DNA from: an uncultured virus (IMG/VR IMGVR_UViG_3300034071_000245)
Taxonomy: Duplodnaviria; Heunggongvirae; Uroviricota; Caudoviricetes
Direction: 5' to 3' (one strand)
Virus record (IMG/VR): IMGVR_UViG_3300034071_000245
DNA length: 64,000 nt
In this document: positions 50,994 through 58,222 of the stretch, piece by piece
Layout of the letters: each line of letters starts with the position of its first letter
How positions within the stretch are numbered: position 1 is the first letter of the stretch
Translations under genes and position numbers: made by a program
Notes under the pieces: model-generated
The model's input: the letters and a program-made list of their open reading frames with translations, nothing else
Databases searched by the model: none
What the model was told of the DNA's origin: nothing

Positions 50994-51184
50994 ACAAACA
51001 TACCAAAGATGCCAGAGAGAAGGGAGATTGTGATAGCAGAGGCGATAGTGATTTCGATTACTCCTGTTGCCCAATAACCAAGAATAGAACCTAGAAACAA
51101 ACCAGCGAAGGCACAGATATAGACATTGGTGCTTAGAGCAAAGTTAAACTCACGCATACCAGTGTATTTGTCTTTCTCACTCAT
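50990..51184 (-). CDS. Small two-TM membrane protein
   Basis: Two hydrophobic segments; AAGGA RBS. Confidence 0.6.
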   Translation of the reverse strand: MSEKDKYTGMREFNFALSTNVYICAFAGLFLGSILGYWATGVIEITIASAITISLLSGIFGMFV

Positions 51185-51199
51185 AATATAATCCTTTCA

Positions 51200-51355
51200 T
51201 GAAAGCGGGCCCGTTCTGTTTCGAGGTGGAGCCCATACCCAAAGGATTACGCTGCTAGAGCGAAAGCCTCATATGCATTGTTGTCGTTTGCATTTACGAT
51301 TTGCTTTCGATCTCCTTACGACCTTACTGAATCCTGTCGAACCTGAATCCGGCCC
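51200..51355 (-). ncRNA. ssrA: tmRNA coding piece (permuted two-piece ssrA); tag ANDNNAYEAFALAA* at 51291-51247
   Basis: Starts GGGCCGGATTCAGGTTCGACAGG (tRNA-like 5' arm); resume context GTAAAT-GCA AAC GAC AAC; tag ends ALAA-TAA; 3' ACCTCGAAACAGAAC resembles the alphaproteobacterial motif. 3' boundary approximate. Confidence 0.92.
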
Positions 51356-51356
51356 A

Positions 51357-51791
51357 TCATAAAGAAACATGAGGATTGGTTTTCTTCATTACAGATTTCA
51401 ATCTGCCTCTCCACCATCCTACAGGATGTTCATTCAAAGAAAACTGACCTTCAGCGTAGCCATCATTGAACCAATATCTTTGAGTTCTAATCTTACGACC
51501 ATCAGTTCCCGTAGGATACTTTCTCTCTTTCTTTGAATGGTTTGCCCATCTAAGAGTGTTCGTAAGTTCTGCTCCTTTTTTGGCGCCTTCATTGATTGCG
51601 ATAAAAGAACATTCATCGGAAGTTAGTAATCCCAACAAACCTTTCCAAGCAATCAAATCTTGCCAGTGTCCATGTTCCTCATATAGTTTCTTATGCGCTT
51701 CGGCATGTTCCTCTATAGTGAGTTCAACGATATTTTCTGGTTCATCATTCCCACCCATATGTTTAGGAATGATATGGTGCTTATGTTTCAT
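51357..51791 (-). CDS. HNH homing endonuclease (Mob-like) inside the tmRNA intervening segment
   Basis: HKHHIIPKHMGG.D...N.VELT.EEH.EAH..L motif; C-terminal W.NDG..E......P.GW.RGR putative DNA-binding motif. Confidence 0.88.
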   Translation of the reverse strand: MKHKHHIIPKHMGGNDEPENIVELTIEEHAEAHKKLYEEHGHWQDLIAWKGLLGLLTSDECSFIAINEGAKKGAELTNTLRWANHSKKERKYPTGTDGRKIRTQRYWFNDGYAEGQFSLNEHPVGWWRGRLKSVMKKTNPHVSL

Positions 51792-51801
51792 AATAATCTC
51801 C

Positions 51802-51829
51802 TGTCGATATTACTATTTATAAATCGACA
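51802..51829 (-). promoter_or_regulatory. Late promoter TATAAATA (51814-51821) in the loop of a hairpin abutting the HNH RBS
   Basis: Minus strand TGTCGAT-ttataaatagtaat-ATCGACA-GGAG-attatt-ATG. Confidence 0.75.
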
Positions 51830-51847
51830 AGTTTTCACATTTCCTTA

Positions 51848-51915
51848 TGGTGGACCGGGTGGGAACTGCCCCCACGTCCAAGAAGCCTATATTCCGTCTC
51901 TCAACGATCTAAGCA
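51848..51915 (-). ncRNA. ssrA: tmRNA acceptor piece (T-arm, acceptor 3' strand and encoded CCA)
   Basis: GACGTGGGGGCAGTTCCCACCCGGTCCACCA; CCGGTCC pairs with GGGCCGG at 51355 giving G3:U70; discriminator A; non-canonical GGCAGTT T-loop. 5' boundary approximate. Confidence 0.9.
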
Positions 51916-51918
51916 TAT

Positions 51919-51949
51919 TATTTATAACATACGGTGAGTTTTTTGTCAA
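51919..51949 (-). promoter_or_regulatory. Composite promoter for tmRNA: TTGACA-17-(TGn)TATAAA overlapping late box TATAAATA
   Basis: -35 at 51944-51949; -10 / late box at 51919-51926. Confidence 0.8.
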
Positions 51950-51951
51950 GA

Positions 51952-52266
51952 CTAAAGTGGTGCAAAAGTTTTATTATGTCCGTCTATTGATAGAGTTATG
52001 GAACGGACATAGCCACACTCTTTGGTTCCAGGAATGGAGAACTCACCGCTACCATGCCTGTGAAATGAAGGAGCATTACACTCACCACCATTAATACTAG
52101 CCAACGAAACATCAATCACCTTCTTCGCTTTACAGTGGATGATATGACTATCACTAACTTTCTTTTCACATGAAACATCTTCTGACGCCAATGCTGGTGT
52201 GTTACTCAGTATCAAGAGTATTTTCAAAATCCTCAATGAGAGGGACCGGGGGTTCTTTAGTTGCAT
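51952..52266 (-). CDS. Putative exported Cys-containing protein (true start likely downstream)
   Basis: Signal-like ILLILSNTPALA then four Cys. Confidence 0.5.
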   Translation of the reverse strand: MQLKNPRSLSLRILKILLILSNTPALASEDVSCEKKVSDSHIIHCKAKKVIDVSLASINGGECNAPSFHRHGSGEFSIPGTKECGYVRSITLSIDGHNKTFAPL

Positions 52267-52376
52267 GGCTTACTAGTCGTGTCCCGTATAATGCACTCAC
52301 CGACGGTCGCCACCAGACAACCAGACAAGCCCAAACTAAGAAACACCAATGCGATTGCTAGATATACTTTCTTCAT
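52257..52376 (-). CDS. Small lipoprotein (39 aa)
   Basis: Manual ORF MKKVYLAIALVFLSLGLSG-CLVATVGECIIRDTTSKPCN; lipobox LSGC; GGAGG RBS; ATGA overlap. Confidence 0.7.
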   Translation of the reverse strand: MKKVYLAIALVFLSLGLSGCLVATVGECIIRDTTSKPCN

Positions 52377-52576
52377 TTGAATACCTCCCAAAACTGGTTC
52401 ATTGCCTTTTCGTAACCGGCAATCATTTCTTTTGCTTCTTTTAATGTATCACACATCTTCAATAGTTTGACACCTTGCGGATCATTTTCCATATACGCAA
52501 ATTGACCTGTATATGTCATTGCACAGACCACCTTACGATCATCGGAATGAAAAACTGTATCGCTCAACCGTTTCAT
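52373..52576 (-). CDS. Hypothetical protein
   Basis: ORF track; ATGA coupling on both sides. Confidence 0.6.
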   Translation of the reverse strand: MKRLSDTVFHSDDRKVVCAMTYTGQFAYMENDPQGVKLLKMCDTLKEAKEMIAGYEKAMNQFWEVFK

Positions 52577-52701
52577 TTATACACCCTTTCTACATGTCCA
52601 CATCGTTTACATCGTTTCCAATGATCTATAGGATTGCTCTTAAGAAAAGGTTCAACCCTATAATAGTTATGACCAAAGATTTTGCAAAACCATTTTATCA
52701 T
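52573..52701 (-). CDS. Small zinc-binding protein (DUF1660-like, 42 aa)
   Basis: Manual ORF MIKWFCKIFGHNY...RCKRCGHVE. Confidence 0.65.
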   Translation of the reverse strand: MIKWFCKIFGHNYYRVEPFLKSNPIDHWKRCKRCGHVERVYK

Positions 52702-52840
52702 TCAAATCTTTCTTTGCTTCTTTTGTTCGCTCCTTATCTCTAAGGTCTCGAACGACACAACATTTACATGATAAGAGTTTATACTTTTTGCCTTTGAGGT
52801 TAGTCTGACCCGCTACGTTTCCAATATGCAAAGATTTCAT
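52667..52840 (-). CDS. Small basic hypothetical protein (57 aa)
   Basis: Manual ORF MKSLHIGNVAGQTNLKGKKYKLLSCKCC...; ATGA overlap with the exonuclease. Confidence 0.55.
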   Translation of the reverse strand: MKSLHIGNVAGQTNLKGKKYKLLSCKCCVVRDLRDKERTKEAKKDLNDKMVLQNLWS

Positions 52841-53514
52841 ATTGCAGTTTCCTCTCTAAACTGTTTCACCTTTCGTGCTAACTCTGGAATATAATCCCTG
52901 CGATTGCGCACGAACACTTGAGGTGATTCGTGATCGACGGAGATTAATACCACAATTTGCTTGCACTGGATGCCTGTCATTTCTTCATACATCAAAGAGT
53001 AACAGGTACATTGTTCAAAGTAGTTTAGAATCCATTCTTCCTTCTTAGGCTTTAAAGATGTTTTAAAGTCAATAATAGAAGGGACGCCATCAAACTCGGC
53101 AATACAATCCACCTGACCAGCAAGACCAAGAATTTCACTATAAAGCATAGTTTCCAAGTAATGGACATTATCAATCCTGTCAATAGTAGGTCTGATATCC
53201 AGAAATGCATGTTGCATGTCTGGCATTACATCTTCTTCGGTGAGAAACCCTTTCTCGTTAGATATATAAGATTCCATAAGAGAATGGAATTTTGTACCTC
53301 GGCGGCTTGCTCGTGCCGAGATTTTGTTCGCTTCTTCTTCGCCGACTTTCTTTCTCCACTTTTGGATCGAGTCACCTTTGAAATGAGATAGAAAAGTAGT
53401 AACCGACGGGAGTTTAACACCATTTGGCGAGACATAATATCGTTTTCCATTATATTCTTCTCTTTTCAGATTCACTAACACTGGGTCATTGTTTATATGT
53501 GTAAATGTTTTCAA
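52837..53514 (-). CDS. PD-(D/E)XK exonuclease (Cas4/RecB-like, T4-like phage type)
   Basis: R.Y.SP.G..LPSVTT; RGT.FH...E; AGQVDCIAEFDG..SIIDFKTS; YF.Q...Y. Confidence 0.9.
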   Translation of the reverse strand: MKTFTHINNDPVLVNLKREEYNGKRYYVSPNGVKLPSVTTFLSHFKGDSIQKWRKKVGEEEANKISARASRRGTKFHSLMESYISNEKGFLTEEDVMPDMQHAFLDIRPTIDRIDNVHYLETMLYSEILGLAGQVDCIAEFDGVPSIIDFKTSLKPKKEEWILNYFEQCTCYSLMYEEMTGIQCKQIVVLISVDHESPQVFVRNRRDYIPELARKVKQFREETAI

Positions 53515-53774
53515 CAGCCTACATCTTGATCTTCTTCATGGTGCTTGGCCCAATTGCCAAAAAATCCACTTGCATATCTAAAGTCACCCGCACGTGCCTT
53601 CTTTAGATATTCATCTACAGAAAGAGCGACATATGATCTATCTGAGTTTGACACGACTTTCTTTGTCGTAGTGCGAAAGACATGACCAAGGTAATCAAGA
53701 GATTGTTCCTTGGTCAGATTTGATTTATTTAGTTCGGCGATTAGAAGATTGATGTTATTTTCCACAGTGTTCAT
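53511..53774 (-). CDS. Hypothetical protein
   Basis: ORF track; GAGG RBS. Confidence 0.6.
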   Translation of the reverse strand: MNTVENNINLLIAELNKSNLTKEQSLDYLGHVFRTTTKKVVSNSDRSYVALSVDEYLKKARAGDFRYASGFFGNWAKHHEEDQDVGC

Positions 53775-53866
53775 AACAATACCTCACATCATTTGGTGGT
53801 GAATTTCGGCCTATTAGCGGATGGTTTCCTTGGATTAAATTCCGTTTGGAATGGAGCATCTTTTAC

Positions 53867-53895
53867 ATTATATGCGGTTTTACCAACATTGTCAA
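53867..53895 (-). promoter_or_regulatory. Consensus sigma70 promoter TTGACA-17-TATAAT
   Basis: Exact consensus hexamers with a 17-nt spacer. Confidence 0.85.
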
Positions 53896-53899
53896 CCTT

Positions 53900-54472
53900 T
53901 TAACTTATTGTTTGATAAGCACCGGAGAGATCAAAATGACTTGTGTTTGATGTCGCTCCAACTGGTGTGGTATTTTTCCAGGCCAAATCTGTGGTACTAC
54001 CTGAATAGTAGAGTTTCATAACTGTGTTGCTTGTGTCTATATCAGTGATACCAGCAATATGATATTTGGCATCACCATTTGCTTGATGTAATGTACCGGC
54101 TCTAACCGTTATTGTTGCGACAGAAGGCGCTGGCAAAACAATCTGATACTGCCCACCAACATTGAAAGATGCGGCATTACAATTAGCAAAATCTACATTA
54201 ATTCTAAAGTGTGTAATAAGACCTTGCTTTACATAAGACCCTGTAGTAACTACACCAGGAACGTTGGCACCATTTGCTGTAAATTGAGGATCAAAAGTTT
54301 GATTGATAGAAAGTATACTAAAAGGAATACCACCAGGAGTCTCTCCATCCGAAAGTCGGAGAGGTGTCTGACCATCTGTATCATAGAATATTTCACCGGG
54401 TCTTCCGATGTATTCGGTGGCCTGGGTTCCGCCCATATGGGCAGCGAACATTTTGAAGGTAACATTTGACAT
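53900..54472 (-). CDS. Late-expressed fibre/decoration-like protein (Mtd/hyaluronidase N-terminal-like motif)
   Basis: G..GEIFYDTD....LRLSDG.TPGG; TATAAATA at 54501-54508 and AGGAG RBS upstream. Confidence 0.6.
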   Translation of the reverse strand: MSNVTFKMFAAHMGGTQATEYIGRPGEIFYDTDGQTPLRLSDGETPGGIPFSILSINQTFDPQFTANGANVPGVVTTGSYVKQGLITHFRINVDFANCNAASFNVGGQYQIVLPAPSVATITVRAGTLHQANGDAKYHIAGITDIDTSNTVMKLYYSGSTTDLAWKNTTPVGATSNTSHFDLSGAYQTIS

Positions 54473-54522
54473 TGTAGAAACTCCTGGTGTAATTTACTTC
54501 TATTTATATAACATGTAAACTA

Positions 54523-55239
54523 TCATAGTCCCATTTCAGTTTTTTGAATGATATATTCTTTAACTGTACCAGAACGAACAATGTCTTCAATACCAAATTC
54601 GATATGGTCGAATGATGACATACGGCGAGTTATTGCCATCAGTTCTCTAATACCAGTCTTGTCATGTGGTTTGTGTAGATCACTCTGACGGTAATCACCA
54701 CAAAAGACGATACGAGAGTTGGTACCTATACGGGTCATAACAGTATCGATTTCTTGGAAGTTCATGTTGTTACATTCGTCAACGATGATAATGGAATCAT
54801 TGAAGGTCGTACCACGGAGGAACGATGTAGTGGTGAACTCGACCATTCTTTTCATCTTTAGTATCTTCCAACCATCACCACGACCAAATAGATCGTCACA
54901 AATTTCCTGATAGGGTTGTTCGTAAACTTCCGCTTTCTGTTTTTCCGAACCGGGCAAGAAGCCCATGTCTCTTGATGGAACTACCGAACGGATGATAACG
55001 ACCCTCTTATATGTCTCCTCGATTAGCACCTCCCTTAGTGCAAGATATGATGATAGAAAAGTTTTACCGGTGCCGGCATAACCATGTAGCATGAGATTTG
55101 AACCGGCTTCGTAGGCGTCCCATACTCTCTGTTGATTGACAGTGAGTGGCTTAATGTGACGAAGTTCGAAGTGGTTTCTCTCAGCCTGATTTTGAGGCTG
55201 ATGCTGTTGTTGGTTATTTCTTTTCGACTTTCTTGACAT
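54523..55239 (-). CDS. phoH: PhoH-family ATPase; start revised to MSRKSK
   Basis: KPLT.NQ; GYAGTGKTFL; RS.V..R.MGFLPG; FLRG.TF..S.IIVDE.NN; TRIG..SR..FCGD..QSDL; DIVRSG. Confidence 0.95.
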   Translation of the reverse strand: MSRKSKRNNQQQHQPQNQAERNHFELRHIKPLTVNQQRVWDAYEAGSNLMLHGYAGTGKTFLSSYLALREVLIEETYKRVVIIRSVVPSRDMGFLPGSEKQKAEVYEQPYQEICDDLFGRGDGWKILKMKRMVEFTTTSFLRGTTFNDSIIIVDECNNMNFQEIDTVMTRIGTNSRIVFCGDYRQSDLHKPHDKTGIRELMAITRRMSSFDHIEFGIEDIVRSGTVKEYIIQKTEMGL

Positions 55240-55277
55240 ATATTTTACCTTATTGTTATCGTTATTCACATCTCCAT

Positions 55278-55317
55278 AAACAAAAGAGGTCGATGCCTTT
55301 TTACGGGCACGACCTCT
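55278..55317 (-). terminator. Terminator-like hairpin upstream of phoH
   Basis: AGAGGTCG-TGCC-cgtaaaaa-GGCA-t-CGACCTCT followed by TTTGTTT. Confidence 0.6.
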
Positions 55318-55348
55318 AAACTTTTTACTGTGATGTTCTGTTGTCAGG

Positions 55349-55612
55349 TTAAATCTCCTTGGGAATGTCCCAACGCTTGCTTGCAACGGCAGATGCCTCT
55401 GGCACAGCGGACTTGATTCGACCGAGAACATACTTTTGAAAATCTGCTGGCGGCTTTGTGATACCGACATTCACCGGATCAACCATTGTAAAGTTGCGTA
55501 GCACTTGACGAAGTTGGGGATTATTCTTTTCAAACTCATCACGCTCGGCAATGGTCATTGTGTTGGTGAACTCCTCACCAGTCTCTTTATTTTCCCATGT
55601 GTAATTAGGCAT
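55349..55612 (-). CDS. FmdB-like small protein lacking Cys, paralog 1
   Basis: MPNYTWENKETGEEF...MTIAERDEF.K.NP. Confidence 0.7.
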   Translation of the reverse strand: MPNYTWENKETGEEFTNTMTIAERDEFEKNNPQLRQVLRNFTMVDPVNVGITKPPADFQKYVLGRIKSAVPEASAVASKRWDIPKEI

Positions 55613-55805
55613 CAACATTGTCCTTTGGATCATAAAATTTATTGTTGTTTATTCCACCGTTCATGTTAGCACCGAGAAACATAGGTGCTGATAACAGTTT
55701 TTCTAGTTCAGGATGGTTTGTTAGAAACTCATCCAGTTCGGAGACAGACATGAAAACATCAAATGTCTCCCCGGTTTGCTTATCACGAAACGAATAAGTT
55801 GGCAT
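55605..55805 (-). CDS. FmdB-like small protein lacking Cys, paralog 2
   Basis: MPTYSFRDKQTGETF...MSVSELDEFL..HP. Confidence 0.7.
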   Translation of the reverse strand: MPTYSFRDKQTGETFDVFMSVSELDEFLTNHPELEKLLSAPMFLGANMNGGINNNKFYDPKDNVDA

Positions 55806-55807
55806 TG

Positions 55808-56353
55808 TTACTCCATAATCCAGTCTGGTGCGGTAGCTGGCGCTTTCCATGAATGAAGGTGTGCCTTGCCTACCTTGTAGTAGTTGCGATAGTTCACAAC
55901 TGCGTCTTCCGATATGATGTATTTAGCATCCATGGCACTTGGAGGTTGTGTCTTATAGCCAACAGGAATGTTATTTGGCAGAGCAGCGAGGATGCCTTTA
56001 AGACCGCTTTCTTCGATCTTATGTACCTTGCCATAACGGCGAGTGTATTCACGACAATGCTCATCTAGATAACACCACAGCCAGTTGTAGTTGTTATTGG
56101 ACTCACGAGCCCAAACGGCCGACGGGTGATTGATATGCGTGGCAGAATACAAAGAAGTCTCACGACTATCAGATAAACGCCATCTTTTGACACTCCGACC
56201 GGTCTTCGTTTTGTCGGTATATTGAACGCCGTCAATAACACGGTGAGCAGTAGAAAGCAACTGTGCAGCCTCAAGAATCATCTTGACGACATGACGATCA
56301 ACAGCCCACTGGGCGCACATTTTAGGATCAGAGTGAATATAAAAGATATTCAT
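55808..56353 (-). CDS. Pyrimidine-dimer DNA glycosylase / endonuclease V family protein
   Basis: MNIFY...DP..CA....DRHVVKMILE.AQLLSTAH; TH.NHPS.VW.R; EYT.RYGK.H; YR.YY. Confidence 0.8.
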   Translation of the reverse strand: MNIFYIHSDPKMCAQWAVDRHVVKMILEAAQLLSTAHRVIDGVQYTDKTKTGRSVKRWRLSDSRETSLYSATHINHPSAVWARESNNNYNWLWCYLDEHCREYTRRYGKVHKIEESGLKGILAALPNNIPVGYKTQPPSAMDAKYIISEDAVVNYRNYYKVGKAHLHSWKAPATAPDWIME

Positions 56354-56568
56354 CTTACGATACATCCTTTTAGGTCGGAGAGTAAACCATTTAGAACAGC
56401 CCGTGTAAAGGCATCTTCGTTACCATTTAAAAGATTGTGAAGGTTCATGGCATAATAGGCTGCATTATCACCACGAATGAACACGCCGGGCCAGTCATCA
56501 CCAATCTGGGTCGGACCGGTCTCTACTCGTTTGTCAAGTTCAACATCAATTTTACGAATCTCAGGCAT
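56350..56568 (-). CDS. Hypothetical protein
   Basis: RVETG..Q.GDDWPGVFIRGDNA..Y motif; coupled ORF. Confidence 0.65.
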   Translation of the reverse strand: MPEIRKIDVELDKRVETGPTQIGDDWPGVFIRGDNAAYYAMNLHNLLNGNEDAFTRAVLNGLLSDLKGCIVR

Positions 56569-56953
56569 AACGATCCTTTAGAAAGTTTTCCATGTAGTGA
56601 CGGATATTTGCCGCACCGATAGGATTGGCACTGTGAACATTATACGAGAAGCCATCTAGGTTGTCAACATTCTCCATGATCCAATCGCACAGCCACTTGG
56701 CGAAGTCATACCCGGTAAACTCACGAGGCGCACCAGTGCGAGGTGCACCGTCCATATACTCGTCCATAGGACCGTATGCAGACTCCAGATTGTAATGAAC
56801 ATCTGCAAGGTCATGATCGAACGATACATGATACGGAAGACCATAGTTCTTCACATACCAAACAGCATCATGATAGTTCCGTGCCAGGCGCCAATCTGAA
56901 TCAAGATCAGGCAGATTGCGCAGGTCATCCAGATAGAGTTTATACATCATCAT
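56561..56953 (-). CDS. Cyclic-phosphate-processing receiver (cREC) domain protein
   Basis: LYLDD.R; SFDHDL; TGYDFAKWL; VHSANP.GA.NI. Confidence 0.8.
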   Translation of the reverse strand: MMMYKLYLDDLRNLPDLDSDWRLARNYHDAVWYVKNYGLPYHVSFDHDLADVHYNLESAYGPMDEYMDGAPRTGAPREFTGYDFAKWLCDWIMENVDNLDGFSYNVHSANPIGAANIRHYMENFLKDRYA

Positions 56954-57098
56954 AAAACATATCCCAGTAACCTTGATCCCAATAATTGGCGAGAGCGAGA
57001 CTTACACCATCGTATGGATTATCCACTAGATTGATGCCATCTTCAAAATAAGCCTCACAACCTTCATTGTAGGCAATTTGTTTTAGTTCGTCGGTCAT
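56940..57098 (-). CDS. Rmf/CrpP-like small protein (52 aa)
   Basis: Manual ORF MTDELKQIAYNEGCEAYFEDGINLVDNPYDGVSLALANYWDQGYWDMFYDDV; AY.EG..A...G...NPY...W..GY pattern; ATGA overlap with the ligase. Confidence 0.55.
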   Translation of the reverse strand: MTDELKQIAYNEGCEAYFEDGINLVDNPYDGVSLALANYWDQGYWDMFYDDV

Positions 57099-58213
57099 AG
57101 GTCTCTCTTACCTTTCCAGAAAGCAACGACAACGGGGAAGCGGAGTTTGCCGTCTTCCGTTTTGTTCTGATACCGTACCGTTACGCTTGTATAACCATAA
57201 TCATTATACAATAGGTCTTTAAGGAAGTCAAACTTCCCACGCACTCCTGCAAACTGTGTGGTTCCGTCTTTCAAACGGATTTCAATCCGCTTGACAGCAC
57301 CTGCCCAATTGCCTTTACCTTCTTCCATAGAAACGATTTCAAATTCATCGTCCTCAAATTCCTTATGCTTGATAAGGTTCTTTGAACGCTTACCTTCATA
57401 AAGAGAGTCAGGAACACGAAGCATTTGACCTTCATATCCTTCTTCAAGGTTCCAAGAAAGATTTTCCATAATTTGTTCTTCGCTTTCTGCAATTGTAGAT
57501 TCTACAAAACGGATACATGGAGAAGGATGATCTTCCAACAAAACAGCACCTAAAAATTCTTTACGGTTCATAAAAGTCCAATTGCGATCATAATCAATCA
57601 TATCATAAACATGATATTGGATCGTCTTTCTGGACTCTTCCAGATCATCAACAGTCGGTTTAGTCTTACGAGCAAGAGAAATAATCTTCTCAAAGTCGTT
57701 TTTTAGTTCATGATTATACAGTTCTCCATCAAGAACAATTTCGGGATATTCCCGAAAGAACGGTTCGAGTGCTTCATGAATATGAGGCGCAGAAAGAATA
57801 GGCTTGCCGTTGCGTGACTGCATACCGTCTTTTGATACGAGACAACGAACACCATCAAGTTTCGGCTGCGAGTAATAAGGGAACTTGTTATGCTTTGCAG
57901 GGTTATATTTGTCGGCAAGCATACACTCAACGAACTTGGCACCATTCTTAGCCCAAGTGGTAGTCTGATGATACTTGCCTTGATATTCTTTCTTTGTGAT
58001 TTCAGAAAGCACTTCTAACTCAACCTGTTCTTTCACAGTGGTTGCGTTAGCACGACCGACATTCTTGGCCTCTGGATACTTCCACCCAGAAACTACAATC
58101 TTGCCATCTTTGATGCCGGAATGAGTGCGATACTTTGTATCGTCATACTCCATCCACCACACACGGGTGTTACCTTTAGAGTCAATCTTGTAAAGTTTCT
58201 GGGTGGCTTTCAT
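57095..58213 (-). CDS. ATP-dependent DNA ligase
   Basis: QPKLDGVRC (KxDG); LDGELY; YHVYD; GYEGQMLR; RS.NL.K.K; LRFP. Confidence 0.95.
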   Translation of the reverse strand: MKATQKLYKIDSKGNTRVWWMEYDDTKYRTHSGIKDGKIVVSGWKYPEAKNVGRANATTVKEQVELEVLSEITKKEYQGKYHQTTTWAKNGAKFVECMLADKYNPAKHNKFPYYSQPKLDGVRCLVSKDGMQSRNGKPILSAPHIHEALEPFFREYPEIVLDGELYNHELKNDFEKIISLARKTKPTVDDLEESRKTIQYHVYDMIDYDRNWTFMNRKEFLGAVLLEDHPSPCIRFVESTIAESEEQIMENLSWNLEEGYEGQMLRVPDSLYEGKRSKNLIKHKEFEDDEFEIVSMEEGKGNWAGAVKRIEIRLKDGTTQFAGVRGKFDFLKDLLYNDYGYTSVTVRYQNKTEDGKLRFPVVVAFWKGKRDL

Positions 58214-58222
58214 ATTATCCTC

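Noticed and set aside
51356..51847. Group I intron carrying the HNH
   Set aside because: The ORF and its promoter fill almost the whole spacer, leaving no room for a ribozyme core; the boundaries coincide with tRNA-like ends
51848..51915. Stand-alone tRNA gene
   Set aside because: No D-arm or anticodon arm upstream; its acceptor partner lies about 490 nt downstream, as in a permuted tmRNA
52837..53514. Cas4 of a CRISPR system
   Set aside because: Lacks the Fe-S cysteine cluster and any cas or array context; typical T4-like phage exonuclease
53790..53860. tRNA-like RNA ending CACCACCA
   Set aside because: No acceptor-stem complement or T-loop found
55240..55470. N-terminal extension of PhoH in the ORF track
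   Set aside because: Overlaps the upstream gene and a hairpin; an AAGG RBS precedes the ATG at 55239
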